A DNA stretch of 64,000 bases from Camelus ferus. Taxonomy: Eukaryota. Positions 1 through 12,370 of this stretch are shown here, one piece after another (position 1 is the first letter of the stretch; every line of letters begins with the position of its first letter). Below the pieces are notes generated by a model. That model did no database searches, had not been told where the DNA came from, and saw only the letters and a program-made list of their open reading frames with translations. The stretch lies in assembly GCF_009834535.1 (NCBI RefSeq), contig NC_045697.1, forward strand, positions 90,026,001-90,090,000, in the 5' to 3' direction. The position numbers were made by a program, and so were the translations under genes.

Positions 1-301
1 ACCAGTTAGAATGGCCATCATGAAAAAGTTCACAAATGATAAATGCTGGGGAGGGTGTGGAGAAAAGGGAACCCTCCTACATTGTTGCTGGGAACGTAGT
101 TTGCTGCAGCCATTATTGAAAATAGTACGGAGATTCTCAAAAAACTAAAATTAACTTACCATAGGATCCAGCAATCCTACTCTTGGGCATATATCTAGAG
201 GGAACCTTAATTCAAAAAGATACATGCACCTCAATATTCATAGTACCACTATTTACAATAGCCAAGACATGGAAACAACCTAAATGTCCATTGACAGATG
301 A
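1..301 (+). mobile_element. LINE-1 ORF2 C-terminal fragment (cut by window edge)
   Basis: Typical L1 ORF2-end DNA (aaatgctggggagggtgtggagaaaagggaaccctcctacattg; atttacaatagccaagacatggaaacaacctaaatgtccattgacagatga), homologous to the L1 copies at 10.9, 41.4, 51.3 and 54 kb. Confidence 0.92.
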
Positions 302-302
302 C

Positions 303-391
303 TTTTATCACTAGTTGTTCTGCAGTTAGTCATGATCTTGGTGTGTCTGTGAGAGGAGATGAGCTCCAGCTCCTTCTGCTTCACCATCTTG
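303..391 (-). mobile_element. LINE-1 5'UTR start fragment, inverted relative to the adjacent ORF2 piece
   Basis: Minus strand reads caagatggtgaagcagaaggagctggagctcatctcctctcacagacacaccaagatc. CAAGATGG is the YY1-type L1 start motif; similar to the 5' end at about 38490. Confidence 0.7.
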
Positions 392-529
392 AAAGGAACT
401 TCTACTAGCTCTGGTGTATTTTTAAATATTTCACATATTTTCTCAAACACAACCAAATTAGATTTTCTCTCAATGAGATGTTCAACATTAGTATTTGTAA
501 AATGCCATTTGCTCTTCTTTCCTTTTACC

Positions 530-1250
530 AGATTTTTTATTGTATTGAGAAAATAAATTAGAACATGTTAAATATTCAAACAGTATAGTTAGTATACTGA
601 GAAGAAGTTCTCTAGCCCTCATTTTCCTGCCCAGGAGAACCACTCCTAACAATTACTCTGCATCATTCCAGAAAATGTCCATTTGACCTATGTATTTATC
701 ATTTTAACATAAATTCAAATAGATTCTAATACTATTCTGGGAACTGATTTTTCTTACTTAAAAATATATTTAGGAGTTTTTTTTTAATGTAAGCACAGAA
801 ACCAATCTCCATTCTTTTTAATAGTTGCATAATATTCCATGCTATGGGTTTAGCAAGTTAAATGAAATACATTAATGTAGTTGCCAGTTTTTACTGTCAT
901 AAACAGGGTGGAGAAACCAACGTCCTTGCACGCATGTGTTAGCATACCACATGATAAATTCTTAGAAGTCAAATTGCCTGGTCAGAGAAATGTATATTTA
1001 TATTTTTATAAATATTGCCAAATTCCTATTAAAAGAGAATAAAATAATTCAACTTCACCACCTTTGAATGAGAATTATTATTTCTCCATTCTATACACAT
1101 GTATACTATATATATTAACATATATTTTAGTCTTTAAGAAAGTAGGTGGAAACCAAGTTCTTATCTTAATTTTCTTTTCTTTAATTATGAGCAAGGCTAT
1201 GCAGTTTAACGTGTGGGTAGTCCATTTGCATTTCTTTTAGATGGGTTGGT
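530..1250 (-). mobile_element. Ancient degraded L1 (L1M-type) 3' region
   Basis: Degenerate antisense L1 motifs (ccattctttttaatagttgcataatattccat; cttagaagtcaaattgcctggtcagag; aaatattgccaaatt). Boundaries approximate. Confidence 0.6.
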
Positions 1251-1842
1251 TATCTAATATTAAGAATCACATTAAAAACTATATACATATATATTTGATG
1301 GTCACAGTTACTTTGCCATTCCTCAGATTTGTCCCTTTTTGGAAGGATTCTTGCATCATGTTCTTTTCACAACTTTAAAGTCTACCAAAGTTGTGCTATG
1401 TCCTTGTGAGTAGCATGGTTTAGAGTTCTGTTGCAGTTTAAGCATTTGTCAAACTGACTCAATCATGTCAAAACTGCACTATATAATTGTCTTAAGACTT
1501 ATTATTTTGTGTTTGTTGGCTTTAAAATATTGAGTCGAAAAGAGCCCATGTACCTTTAAGAAAAAGGAGGCCTTATTGTAAAATGCAGATAAAGGATCCA
1601 TCACATTGGCAAAGGATTCCTTGTAGATTACAGCTTCCCTGAGTGTAATAAGGCAGCAATAGTTCTCTCTCCCTGAATGAAGCCAGGAAGGAATTTCACT
1701 GACCTGCTGGTATGTTTTACAAAATTTTCCAAAATGTTATTAGCCTTTTTCTTATTGAGCTGTTATTTGTATAGCTAAAAAAAAAAAGAATATGCATTAT
1801 AAAGGATATACGTCTGCTATAATAATTCATTAAAATGAAAGG

Positions 1843-1910
1843 AAGAAGAAAAAGAGAAAGAAGCAGGAAGAAAAGAGGAAGAAGAAGTAGGAGGAGAAGA
1901 AGGGAGGGAA
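1843..1910 (+). repeat. Purine-rich (GAA/GGA) low-complexity tract
   Basis: aagaagaaaaagagaaagaagcaggaagaaaagaggaagaagaagtaggaggagaagaagggagggaa. Confidence 0.85.
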
Positions 1911-1950
1911 GTAGTCACTTCTCATAGGGACTGATTTCTTTCCATTGACT

Positions 1951-2578
1951 TGAAACCAAGTAGGGCCCTGCGAAGCCTTCCAGGTGACAGACCTTCCTGT
2001 GCCCCTGGCTCTTGTTTGTAGAAAACCTTTAGCCTCCTAGGCCTACCCTGAGTTTCAAAGAGCAAATTTAGTCAGAGAAGTGAGAAAATGCAGAAACAAA
2101 GGAAAACAGGTAAGGAAAATAAAATAATAGTTTAGCCATTAAAAAAAAAAATCAAGGACCTTTAGTTGCTCCTCAAGGTCTACAGATAATATCTTGAGCC
2201 ATATCTTTGGGTTGTTTTATAGATACTAAAATGTTACCTGCATGCTGACCATCAGTATATAGACCCCAGACAGTTGGAACCAAAAGGATGATGATTAAGA
2301 TTCCCAAAACAGTACCCTGGTACCTCACTGTCAACCACAGAATAGAGCACACACTGATCACAGACCCTGCAACCATCTCCCACACACTGTCTTTAAAAAC
2401 ACTTCCCCAGAAGCTGTTGGGGAGTTCAAGTATTTTGAGCATAAGCTGACTATTATCCTTACCTGGCCCTAAGTTGGATACCTTGCAAGAAACTCTGTAC
2501 TTTTCTTCCCCAGGACCCTGTGTCAGTAGACTGGCTTTATTGTACGTGGCGAGCAGAAACAAGTTTGGTTTGGTAATA
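1951..2578 (+). mobile_element. ERV1-class solo LTR (628 bp)
   Basis: Starts TGAAACC and ends GGTAATA (decayed CA). Exact 4-bp target-site duplication GACT at 1947-1950 and 2579-2582. TATA-like ctttaaaaac near 2391. A 4-bp TSD is typical of ERV1. Confidence 0.85.
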
Positions 2579-3257
2579 GACTCTCCTAAATAATGGATCC
2601 CTGAGTCTCATTGGTCTCTTTAAACTAATTTGTTTGGTAAATTGCCTTTAGAATGAGCATCAAAATTGATCTCTACCATCTTAACAGAAGGAAATCTTTC
2701 ATTACTTCTAATTTATAAATCAACCAGTTGATTATGCGGCCTGATTCTTTCAAAGCAAGGACTTTCTTAAAGTTTGAATAGTTGAGTACTTACTGGCGTG
2801 AAAACTCAGAATGAATTAATATATTTTTATTTAATTTTTATTTTTAGAATCTGGTGGTTATTAGGCAACATTTTGGGCCAATACTAATCGCTCTAACATA
2901 GCAACTTAGCTGGCCGTTGTGAGACTCCCATTGCGTTTCATCAGAATTCAATTCTTCCCTGAGTTACATTTTCCACAGAGACTATACTATAGTCCAGTTC
3001 TCTTAGAGATAAAGTGGTTGACAGGTTGTACCGATTAGTTACACTTGTATTCCAGGTAGGCACAATGCACTGAAATTTGCTAGCCTTAGGGCCTTCTTGG
3101 TCCTATGTCTGAGAGTACACATAAGCCAGTTCTTAGGCCTTCACTTTTCCAAATTATGCAGCTAGATGACATCATAAGTTTTTTTTTTAATTTCTCAAAG
3201 CTTTGGAAACTGAAAGTGTACTAAATAAAAGGCCATATCTCTTGATTAGTTACATAT

Positions 3258-3263
3258 TTTATT
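3258..3263 (-). promoter_or_regulatory. Candidate polyadenylation signal AATAAA for the minus-strand gene model
   Basis: Plus-strand tttatt at 3258-3263, 175 nt past the candidate stop at 3438-3440. The hexamer is common in AT-rich DNA. Confidence 0.25.
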
Positions 3264-3437
3264 ACATAGTTTTATAGTATAAAATTGGCATTTTCTGTTT
3301 GTGTTTTACTTTGTATGATACACACAGAATGGAGGGAAAAAAATCACTCCACTGAAAGAACCAGCGTGATTGCAATATCATAGTTCCTAGACTAAGCTGT
3401 AAAATGTGTGGCTGCTGCAGCAGAAATTCAGGAATAC

Positions 3438-3515
3438 CTATGGATAATCACCACAGGAAGAAGCAAAGACAATTCCATTCGAATGCGGATCCCGAGAGAC
3501 TACACACATGGTGGT
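3438..3515 (-). CDS. Candidate terminal coding exon of an unidentified gene (TTMCVVSRDPHSNGIVFASSCGDYP*)
   Basis: Acceptor tttgctttagctatgtag|acc, phase-0 start, TAG at 3438-3440, three CpGs clustered in CpG-poor DNA. Confidence 0.3.
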   Translation of the reverse strand, partial: TTMCVVSRDPHSNGIVFASSCGDYP

Positions 3516-3821
3516 CTACATAGCTAAAGCAAATAGTGGTACAAAAGGGATTTTGCTTACAAGTTACAATGCTGATCTACTAAAATATGACAGCATTAAA
3601 TATTTTTTTAAGTACAGAAACTTTTTATGAGGTGCTATAAACAAAGTAATGCACAGTACAGAAAAGTCAAGAAATTTTAATTATATAATTAACAGAAGTT
3701 TATTTGAGGAAAACTACATCAAAGGAGGAGAAATTATTTCAAAGACATAGCTTGTTGATATTTATGTAAAGACAGTTTTCCAGTCATTAAACTATTTTTA
3801 ACAAAAATATAAGAGATAAAC

Positions 3822-3995
3822 CTGTATCAAGGTCAAGCTGCTTAAAGAAATACAATCCCTCAAAGGTTTTGATTTAAACCTGCAGGTTGGACTATCTCTC
3901 CAAAGTAACAGAGGTTCAGATACATGAGGTTCAGATACGCGTGTATCTGAACCACACTCAACATTAAACACATTTACCAATGAGAAAGTCAACGC
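3822..3995 (-). CDS. Candidate coding exon, 174 nt, phase 0-0 (ALTFSLVNVFNVECGSDTRVSEPHVSEPLLLWRDSPTCRFKSKPLRDCISLSSLTLIQ)
   Basis: Acceptor gctgtgtatcttag|gcg; open frame (ORF track 3798..3992); weak donor CAG|GTTTAT. Alternatively it reads through to TAA at 3798 as the last exon. Confidence 0.4.
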
Positions 3996-5702
3996 CTAAG
4001 ATACACAGCAACTGGGAAATGAAATGCCATAGTCTGTGTTTGCTTTTAATATAGCCTACCCAGAGCAACACTCACATACACAACAGAATTTAGCCCCACA
4101 GTGTGGGTGCACGTTCAGAAATGGCATTTAAGCCTTTTCCTGCTCTCCCTCTCGCTCTCCCCAAAAACGGTGCACTTGGGATCGTGTGGGATTTGGCCCA
4201 CAGGCTGTAGTTTGCAAAGTTCTGCTCAAGGTTCTAAACATTGCTTATGTTACTGTTGAGTTTTAATAAAATATATGTGTGTTCCAAATTAGCACGTGTT
4301 TATTATTTACCTTTAACAAAAACAGAATTCTATGGACAAGTTAATTTGGAAAACTCCAAGTTACCCAGCCAGCCCTGACACACACAGACTCAGCTACCCC
4401 AGCTTCCCTTACGAATTTTAAGAGTAAATTCAAAATAATTTGAAATAATTGAGCCCAGTTTGGGCACAGTTCACAACTCCAAACACTAGGACTCAATATA
4501 TTATTGCGTCTGTAAATTCAAAATAAACAATGAAAGCACAGTGATTTTAAGATAAAGAAGAAATGGTACTACTTTAATAGCATAATTCTATATAAAAATC
4601 ATTCTCTGAATCTTGCATAATTTTATTCTCTTGAAGGCATCCTTCATGTATTTCTTTCTTATTTTTCAAAAAAGTACTTTAATAAAATTATGCAGTATTA
4701 ATCCTTTTTTTTTGGTTTTCTAATTTTTTTTACTGGTATAATTATATATACAAAATTTAATACAAGAAAATGTATCTGTATTTTTCCTGTTACTGTTAGT
4801 CTTAGTATCGATTTCATTTCATGATTATTTCTAAAAATAATTTTGTTATATAAGGAGTATTATAAAATGATCTTCTATGGGGGTCATTTACATTATATGA
4901 GCACTGTTCCATGGGTTTATTCAGCAAGTATATGCATTTTAAGCATTTATTTACTTGGTAAAAGATTTAAATGTCTTAAGACATAAAAAAATTAGCTTAA
5001 GATAAAATTAAGCTGAGAAATCAACAAAGTGCTGGTAATATATTAGAGAAAGTTCAGATAAAATAAGATTGAAATATCAGAGGACTAATGAGATAAAATA
5101 ACTGATGAGAGAAAATAACTAATCAGAAATTTCACAGGAATAATAAGATGTAAATAGTCAGCAAGCTGCTATCATGGTTAAAGGGCATGGTTTAGGAAAT
5201 GAGTATTACAACATGATGAGCTTGAATACTGGCCTCATCACTAATTACCTCTGATATAAACGTGCCTTTCCTCAAAAGAAGCTGGTTTTCCTATAAACTT
5301 AGCCTCTTCAAACATCATTAGAAAGTCAGAGGGTAGACCTGTCAAAATCTTAACACTTTTATCATCTAGTCTATGTTAGTCTCTAAGAGAGGAATCACTG
5401 GACTCATTAAGTATTATATCTAAGAAGAACAGGATTACTAATTTGTCTGAAATGACACATAATGATGAATAACTTAAATTCTTTTCATATCATCACATTC
5501 TTTAGTATTTAAACATTTTATATGGCTTTAGAGATGATAATAACATATAGTTTAATTAATTCAACAAACCTTTACTGAGAATTTACCAGGCCTGAGCAAG
5601 AAACACTAACACAAGCAAGTACATTTTCCAAACAAAAGTAAAAAGAGAGTGACAGACAAAATGAGGGAGAAGAAAAGAAAAGAGAAGAGAATATTAGATT
5701 AC

Positions 5703-5822
5703 CTCACTGGGTTTCAACTGCAAAATATCTGGTATGGGAAACTTCATTAAATTCCACTGTTTTGTTGTCAGAGCAAAATGCCTCACTGTTTTAGAAAACT
5801 TTGGCTTTGCAAGTGTGGTGTC
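5703..5822 (-). CDS. Candidate coding exon, 120 nt, phase 0-0 (DTTLAKPKFSKTVRHFALTTKQWNLMKFPIPDILQLKPSE)
   Basis: Acceptor tttattgttaag|gac, donor GAG|GTAATC. Only one frame is open and its phase matches both neighbours. Confidence 0.45.
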
Positions 5823-6199
5823 CTTAACAATAAATATCTATATTGTTTCTGATGTTCTTAACTGTTTGCTTTTTAACAGGATTTATGACCCTCTTCCTCT
5901 ATTACAAAACAGCTATCTTATATGTGCCATTAACTGGTTGAAAACAAATTCAAAGAATTATAATACTGGAGAACCCATGCCCTGTAAATTCAACAGATGT
6001 TTACTAGAGATTACAGGTTGATTCATGTGATAAATATTTATTGAGCATCTACAGCCAGACACTCTTCCAGGTGTTCAGGCTGCACTCAATTTGCATCAAT
6101 CCACAAATCAGTTCTTCACAGAACTTCAGTTCTTCACTGAACAGTCACTTCTTCAAGAGTCTTCATGGAATTTATATTCTAGCAAATGTGTTTCAGTAG

Positions 6200-6414
6200 G
6201 CAATCTCTGTAGCTCTCTTCAAATGTGGCCTGTGGGAATGTCTGCTCAATGTTGCCAGACCTTCTGATTTTTCAAGAGAAGCCAAAAATCTGGTTTTTAG
6301 GTCAAATCATCCAATTTTTGAATGTTGGAAACTAATTCCATTGTTAAAAAACGGGGTGTGGGCCAAACATCTACAAGCCAAAACCAGCCATTGGGCCATC
6401 ATTTACAACTTCTG
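6200..6414. mobile_element. hAT-Charlie MITE, MER103-like
   Basis: gttgccagaccttctgatttttcaagagaagccaaaaatctgg...aatgttggaaactaattc...gggccaaac matches my recollection of MER103. Confidence 0.7.
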
Positions 6415-9400
6415 AAGGGAATGTTCTCTAACCTACAGTAATTTCATTTGCTCTACCATGGTATGTTTAGTTCAGAGAGCCTGTCTAATCCTTTAAGAAA
6501 AATTTTTAGGTAAGCTTCTTCCATTGTTTAATTTATTAATAATATTTTGTTTATTCTATATTAAAGTAAAATTTGTACCCAAAGGCAGGGAGAATATTGC
6601 TGGAATATCACAAAAATCTCTTCCCAGCATATAATGTATCACATCTCTATTTCTGGAACAACATAGCATACTGCTCTCTGACAGCACAATGATCAAGACC
6701 ACCCCAGAAACACATTATATAACCCTAAGCTATGTTTGTTCAGAAGAGAAACAGAACAAAATTTATGAGTGTCACTTCAGCTCATATCAATATATTTCAA
6801 GCACCAGAACACTTTTTCATTCTGCAGGTGGTGCTTTAAAGCTTGTATTATAGATTTCAAAATATCATCCATAAGAATCCTAAGCCCCTAAGACCCATTA
6901 ATTAACCCTGTATTATCAAACATTTTAAAACCAATCATTTACCTCTCTTATGCAAGCTGAAGCAAATGCTAACAAGAACTTTCACTTTAATAAATTAAGA
7001 GTTGTTTCAAAAGTTAGATAAGTGTATGTTCAAACTATATTATGGATGTTGTCGGGTGATTTGGGTTATAAGAAATTCTTTATTGTGCATTTTAAAATAT
7101 TACTTTTCTGTGGGGAACCCATTAATTTCTTTCTGTCATCCTCCTCCCCCTTCCCTTCAAGCCACCCACTAATCTAAGCATTCTTGAACACAAACTTGGT
7201 AAGAAGTGTTTCTTCACGCATGTGCAGTACATTGTGTAACTAAATGAAATGCAGCTGGGAAATATGAAGTGGACACTGAAATGACTCATTAGGCAGCTGT
7301 ATAGAATAGACAGAAGAAAGTGGCAGGAAAAACTACCATGAAGATGCCTAAGGTCATATATCCCATTTCCTGCGGATGACTAGAGGCAACATAAAATAAA
7401 GCTCTGGGAGAGAATATGGAGCTTTAAGATTCCAATGCTAGACAATAATAGCAATAAAACTTACTAAAAATATAGATTTGCAGATAAAATTGATACCAGA
7501 GACCACTGAATCCAAAACTATGATTAGTAGAAACAAAACGGGGGTGGGGGTGGGGGTGGGTATAAATGATTAAAGCAAAAAAAAACAAAAGCCTAGTAAT
7601 ATTTTAGAGAAGTCACTGATCAAAGGGAGCTTAGGGCCCCAAATTATTTGTATTTTACTTTGTTTCTTAATCTTAAACTTGATAAAGAAGTTAATAAAAC
7701 ATGCAGATCACAGAATCTGGAGCAGGAAACCCTGTGTTTAAATCTTAGCTTAGCCATTTTCTGTCTGGATGAAGAGTCTGTTCCCTAGTCTAAAGACAAA
7801 TAGGCATAATCTAGACTGCATAAAGCTCTATCTGCAAGGATTCAACTACATTAATTGATGAAAAAGTAGCATTATTTGAAACCAGAACAATCTGAGTACT
7901 TACTCTATTACTTTTTATTTGTCTAACATGAAAATTATTTGTCTCTAAACTTCAATTTATTCTTCTAAGAAATGGGTAAGGTAACATATAAATCACAGGA
8001 ATACAACTATTAAGTATGGGGATATATGTAATATACTAGAACAATGACTGCTTATTATACACTATAAAAGTTAATTATCACTAGTAAAAGAAAGTATCTG
8101 GAGAATTTTCTAAAAGTCTTAGGGGAATCGGAACATGAATTTATCTCAAGGGCAGTTATATACGCTTTTATCTTTGCCAATTGTGACCTACATATATTTG
8201 GGATTTTTAATGGTAACCAGGATGAACAGCAATGGCAGTCAGTGCTACAGATAGACACACATATATATGATCTTAACTAAGGTAGTATTTCGAGAAGCTC
8301 ATTATAACTAAACATCCTGCCTAAGAAAGAAAGCAAAAGTATGATGATAAGGATTTAAGAGAACATTAGGTAAAGTAATCTAAGAGAAAAAGTATTCTAG
8401 AATTGCCAGTAAACACTGGAAGGCTAGCCTATGAGAATTCACACAATAATAATAAAAATAATTTGAGAAACAGCACTAACTATAGTCAAATGGTCTGTTC
8501 TGCCCTCTTGGCTATACCACTCCCAGTAGCCTCCCTTTTACAGGCCTACAGGTCAGGTAGTAAACACTGTCATGTCATCTCTGCAATCAAAATACTTCCA
8601 AGATACACCCATTTCCCAACAATTCAAGTACAAAGGTAGTCTAGGTGAAAATATCTCCTGAATGAGAGGTCAACACCCTCCTTCAGGTTTAGTTCTCATT
8701 CCGCCGCAGAGCATTAAGCTCCAAGTACAGGGAACTAGGTACTGGGCCCAAGCATTTCCTGAACGTTCTCATTTCCTTGCTCTTCTGCAGTCAGTTCTTT
8801 CCCCCTGAAAGCCTTCTTTTCTGTCTCTACTTGTTTGAATTCCCAGCTAATTGAAAGGACCCTGAAAACAATTAATATTTACATACCTTTATACAAAACT
8901 TGTTCAACTAACAAAATGCTTCCATCTGTTCACTCATTCCCAAACAGTGAGTGTCAATTGAGTGCCAACTTTGCAATAGGCACAATGAGAGATGCTGCAG
9001 GTGAAGTGCTAAAAAATGTTGCCAAATTTAACTAAAACATCATCTGTAAAGATAATATGCTTTAGATTGGGATTTGGGATTTGGGGGCGGCACATGTGCT
9101 TATTTAAAATGTACAGATAAACAGTATTTTGAATTTTCAAAAGGATCTATGACAGTCAGCAATTTCCCTCTAGCAACAATTTCTGTCTACTTTGAAAGAA
9201 CTATTTTAAAATTAGCTTATAAGGTGACAATAAAACATGTACATTATTATTACTTTGGCCTTCATTTTACAAAACAAGAGAAAATTGTTCATTATTCAAA
9301 ATACACCAAAAAAGAAAAAAAAAAGAATATAAAATCAAGCTGACCCAAATGGTGCTTTGTATAGAGAATGGAGTCAGGATAAATTCAGTAAAACTTCACT

Positions 9401-10920
9401 TTTCAGCAGGTAAAACAATCTTTATGACGTCACGTAATTTTTCACACATCTTATAATAAATCAAGTATATGAAATCATCTTGATTTTTGCCATCGTGTTT
9501 AATCAATGTTTCTTTGCAGTGTAATAGTTTCCATTTTTCCATTTAAAATTTTCTAGGTTGAACTCAGAACTCCTATATTATTAATAAAGCTCAGAGTGAT
9601 TTAATATACCTAAATCTGCCTCACTGGTAACCATCAATCATTTGCTTAATATAGTGTTCAAAACTTTTCACATGTAACAAAAAGCAAGCAAGAAAATATG
9701 TAAAAAAATAACAAATATACTACAGAGCATCAACAAATATGGAAAAATACGGAACCTAATACATTTGTATATGTCTCTTAGTTTAACAATTGGACTCATT
9801 GCTTTAAACTGAGAGATACTTCACCTGAAAAAATGCCTCGAGATTCAACAAAAATATATTGAGCATATTTCTGGGAATGTAACAAATATACTTTAAAAAG
9901 GGGAGTATACACAGTGTTTTCTAATTAACTGAACAGTCTTTAAGTATAGACAAGATTTAAGCAAGAAAAAATATCCATAAATAAGTGGAGATTGTTTTTA
10001 AATTCTTGAGTTAGATAGATTATTCTCCACATCTCATTAATCTGCTCCAGAGAACAGTGTCACCATAAGTAGCAACAAATTAAGCTTGTGGTTACATATT
10101 CTACACTCCTTTGAAAGAAAGATGACCTATTTTGACATGACATGCAAACATCTAACAAACTGGCCTGCATCTTTCTTCCTTCCTGGCTACAAAATAAGCA
10201 ACAATTTCAAATAATATCTTTATTTATTCAAATAAATATCTATATTTATTATAAAGACCTTTAGATTTTTTAAATATTCAAACACTTAGCACTGACAGTT
10301 TGAAAATGTTATTGTGTAGTAAGTAAATGGAAAAATCAATTTTTCTAGTTTCCATTTTTACTATTAAAATTTTTTATAATTTTTAAAATACTAATATTAT
10401 ATTTCTATAAATTATTATTTTTAAAAACTATTTTTCAATTATTATGCACTAAGCAAACAGAGAAAACCAAAAATAATTCTTTTCATTTTATTAAAACTAC
10501 GTATCTTTAACTGGGAGACGATAAAAGTTACTAAAGATATATTTTACTTAAAAGTTGATGTGGGCTTATTTAAGTGGAGTCAATGGAAGTTTAAATAAAA
10601 TTTCAAAGTGTACAACTGACTCCATTTGCTTGACTCATTTAATAAATAGAAACTGTAAGTAGTGTACCTTCACAACATCAAATCAACAAGCTGGTGAGAA
10701 AATTAGAGACTTTGTTTATCTTTCTGATTCTTTCGTCCACAGAGAATCAAATAAATTTATTATCTTTATTTTCCATGGAGGTTATAAATCTCATCATAAA
10801 TTTAGAATCTACTTGTCTATACTGGATACTGTAGGGCACTGAACCCATTCACATATAAGACATTTTTCAAAATATTCTTAACATTTTGGGGTCACTACAT
10901 TTTAAAAAGTACAGTTATTC

Positions 10921-11176
10921 AAAAAGGAACCTTCCTATGCTGTGGGTGAGAATGCAAATTTGTGCAGCCACTATGGAGAACAGTATGAAAGTTTCTTAAA
11001 AAATTAAAAATAGAGTTACTGTATGATCCAGCAATCCCATTTCTGGGCATATATCTGGATAAAACTGTAAGTTGAAGACACACACACCCCAATGTTCACA
11101 GTAGCACTATTTAGAATAGCCAAGACATGGAAGCAAGCTAAATGTCCATCAACAGATAAATAGATAAGAAAGATGC

Positions 11177-11232
<56 letters not shown>

Positions 11233-11700
11233 TGGAATATTACTCAGCCATAAAAAATGAAATAATGCCATTTGCAGAAACATGGATGGACCTAGAGATT
11301 ATCATATCAAGTGAAATAAGTCAGAGAAAGACAAATAGTGCACAACACTTCTATGTGGAATCTAAAAAAAACCCGACATAAATGAATTTATTTATAAACT
11401 AGAAACAGACTCAAAAACATAGAAAACAAACTACAGTTACCAAATAGGAAAGGGGTAGGAGAGAGGGATAAATTAGGAGATTGAGATTCACAGATACACT
11501 CTACTGTATATAAAATAGATAAAAGGCAAAGACTTACTGTAGAGCAGAGGGAAATATATTCAATATCTTGTAATAACCTATAATGGAAAGGAATCTGAAA
11601 AATAATATATATATTTATATATGTATAATTGAATCACTTTGTTGCATACCTGAAACTAACACAGCACTGTAAATCAACTATACTTCAATTTAAAAAGAAA
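10921..11700 (+). mobile_element. 5'-truncated LINE-1 (ORF2 end, 3'UTR, A-rich tail)
   Basis: Encodes EYYSAIKNEIMPFAETWMDLEIIISSEISQ (L1 ORF2 C-terminus); 3'UTR ends cctgaaactaacacagcactgtaaatcaactatacttcaatttaaaaagaaa. Confidence 0.93.
11179..11230 (+). repeat. (GT)26 microsatellite inside the L1
   Basis: Perfect dinucleotide run. Confidence 0.97.
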
Positions 11701-12370
11701 ACAGAGTTTCCCAAGAGAAGGAAACAAGGCAAGAGAAAACATGTAGAAAACAGTTCTTATCTCCTAGCCCCAAGAGACACAGTAATATATGAAATGACCT
11801 CTTTAAGCAGTGGTCCTTGTACATATACCAAGCTAGCAATGGGCTAAAGAGAGGAGCCACTGCAGTGATTTCATCAAATGCAGTCAGCTTGCTTTATATT
11901 CTCCCTAAGGGCAATCTACTTATACCTCTTCTATGCCTATACCTAGGAACTTGCAACGTCCTTTTCCATGGTTTTGCAAAACCATCTCTCACTTGTATTG
12001 ATAACTCTTAAGAATAAGAGACCAACAAAAATTATTCTGGAAAGCCTTTCTATCTGCATTCAGAAATGAGAACAACTAGAAGAAATGGTAGGAAGCAATA
12101 GTGCAACAATTTTTCAAATAGAAAAAGTTTCTTTTATTAAAAAAGCCATCTAGAGATGCCCATTGCGAAAAGGCAACCCATCATAGTGTATTTCCTAGAC
12201 ATTAGTTCCTCTGGATATCTCTGGAAAATAGTGCCTGCAATATATTCCATTGAAATATACTGAAGTTATTCAATGCATATAAGAGCCCAAATCTTGCTAT
12301 AAAAATAGCAACGTTTAAAACCCTTATCCAGTTAACTCAATATTTTCAGAAGAGATTTGACTGTGGGGAT

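Noticed and set aside
2173..2562. 129-aa minus ORF with hydrophobic segments
   Set aside because: Lies entirely within, and antisense to, the ERV1 solo LTR; no recognisable domain.
8055..8280. Frames open on both strands
   Set aside because: No convincing donor, and the phase does not fit neighbouring candidates; treated as chance.
11181..11381. ORF with a CV repeat
   Set aside because: Translation of the (GT)n microsatellite fused to the L1 ORF2 end.
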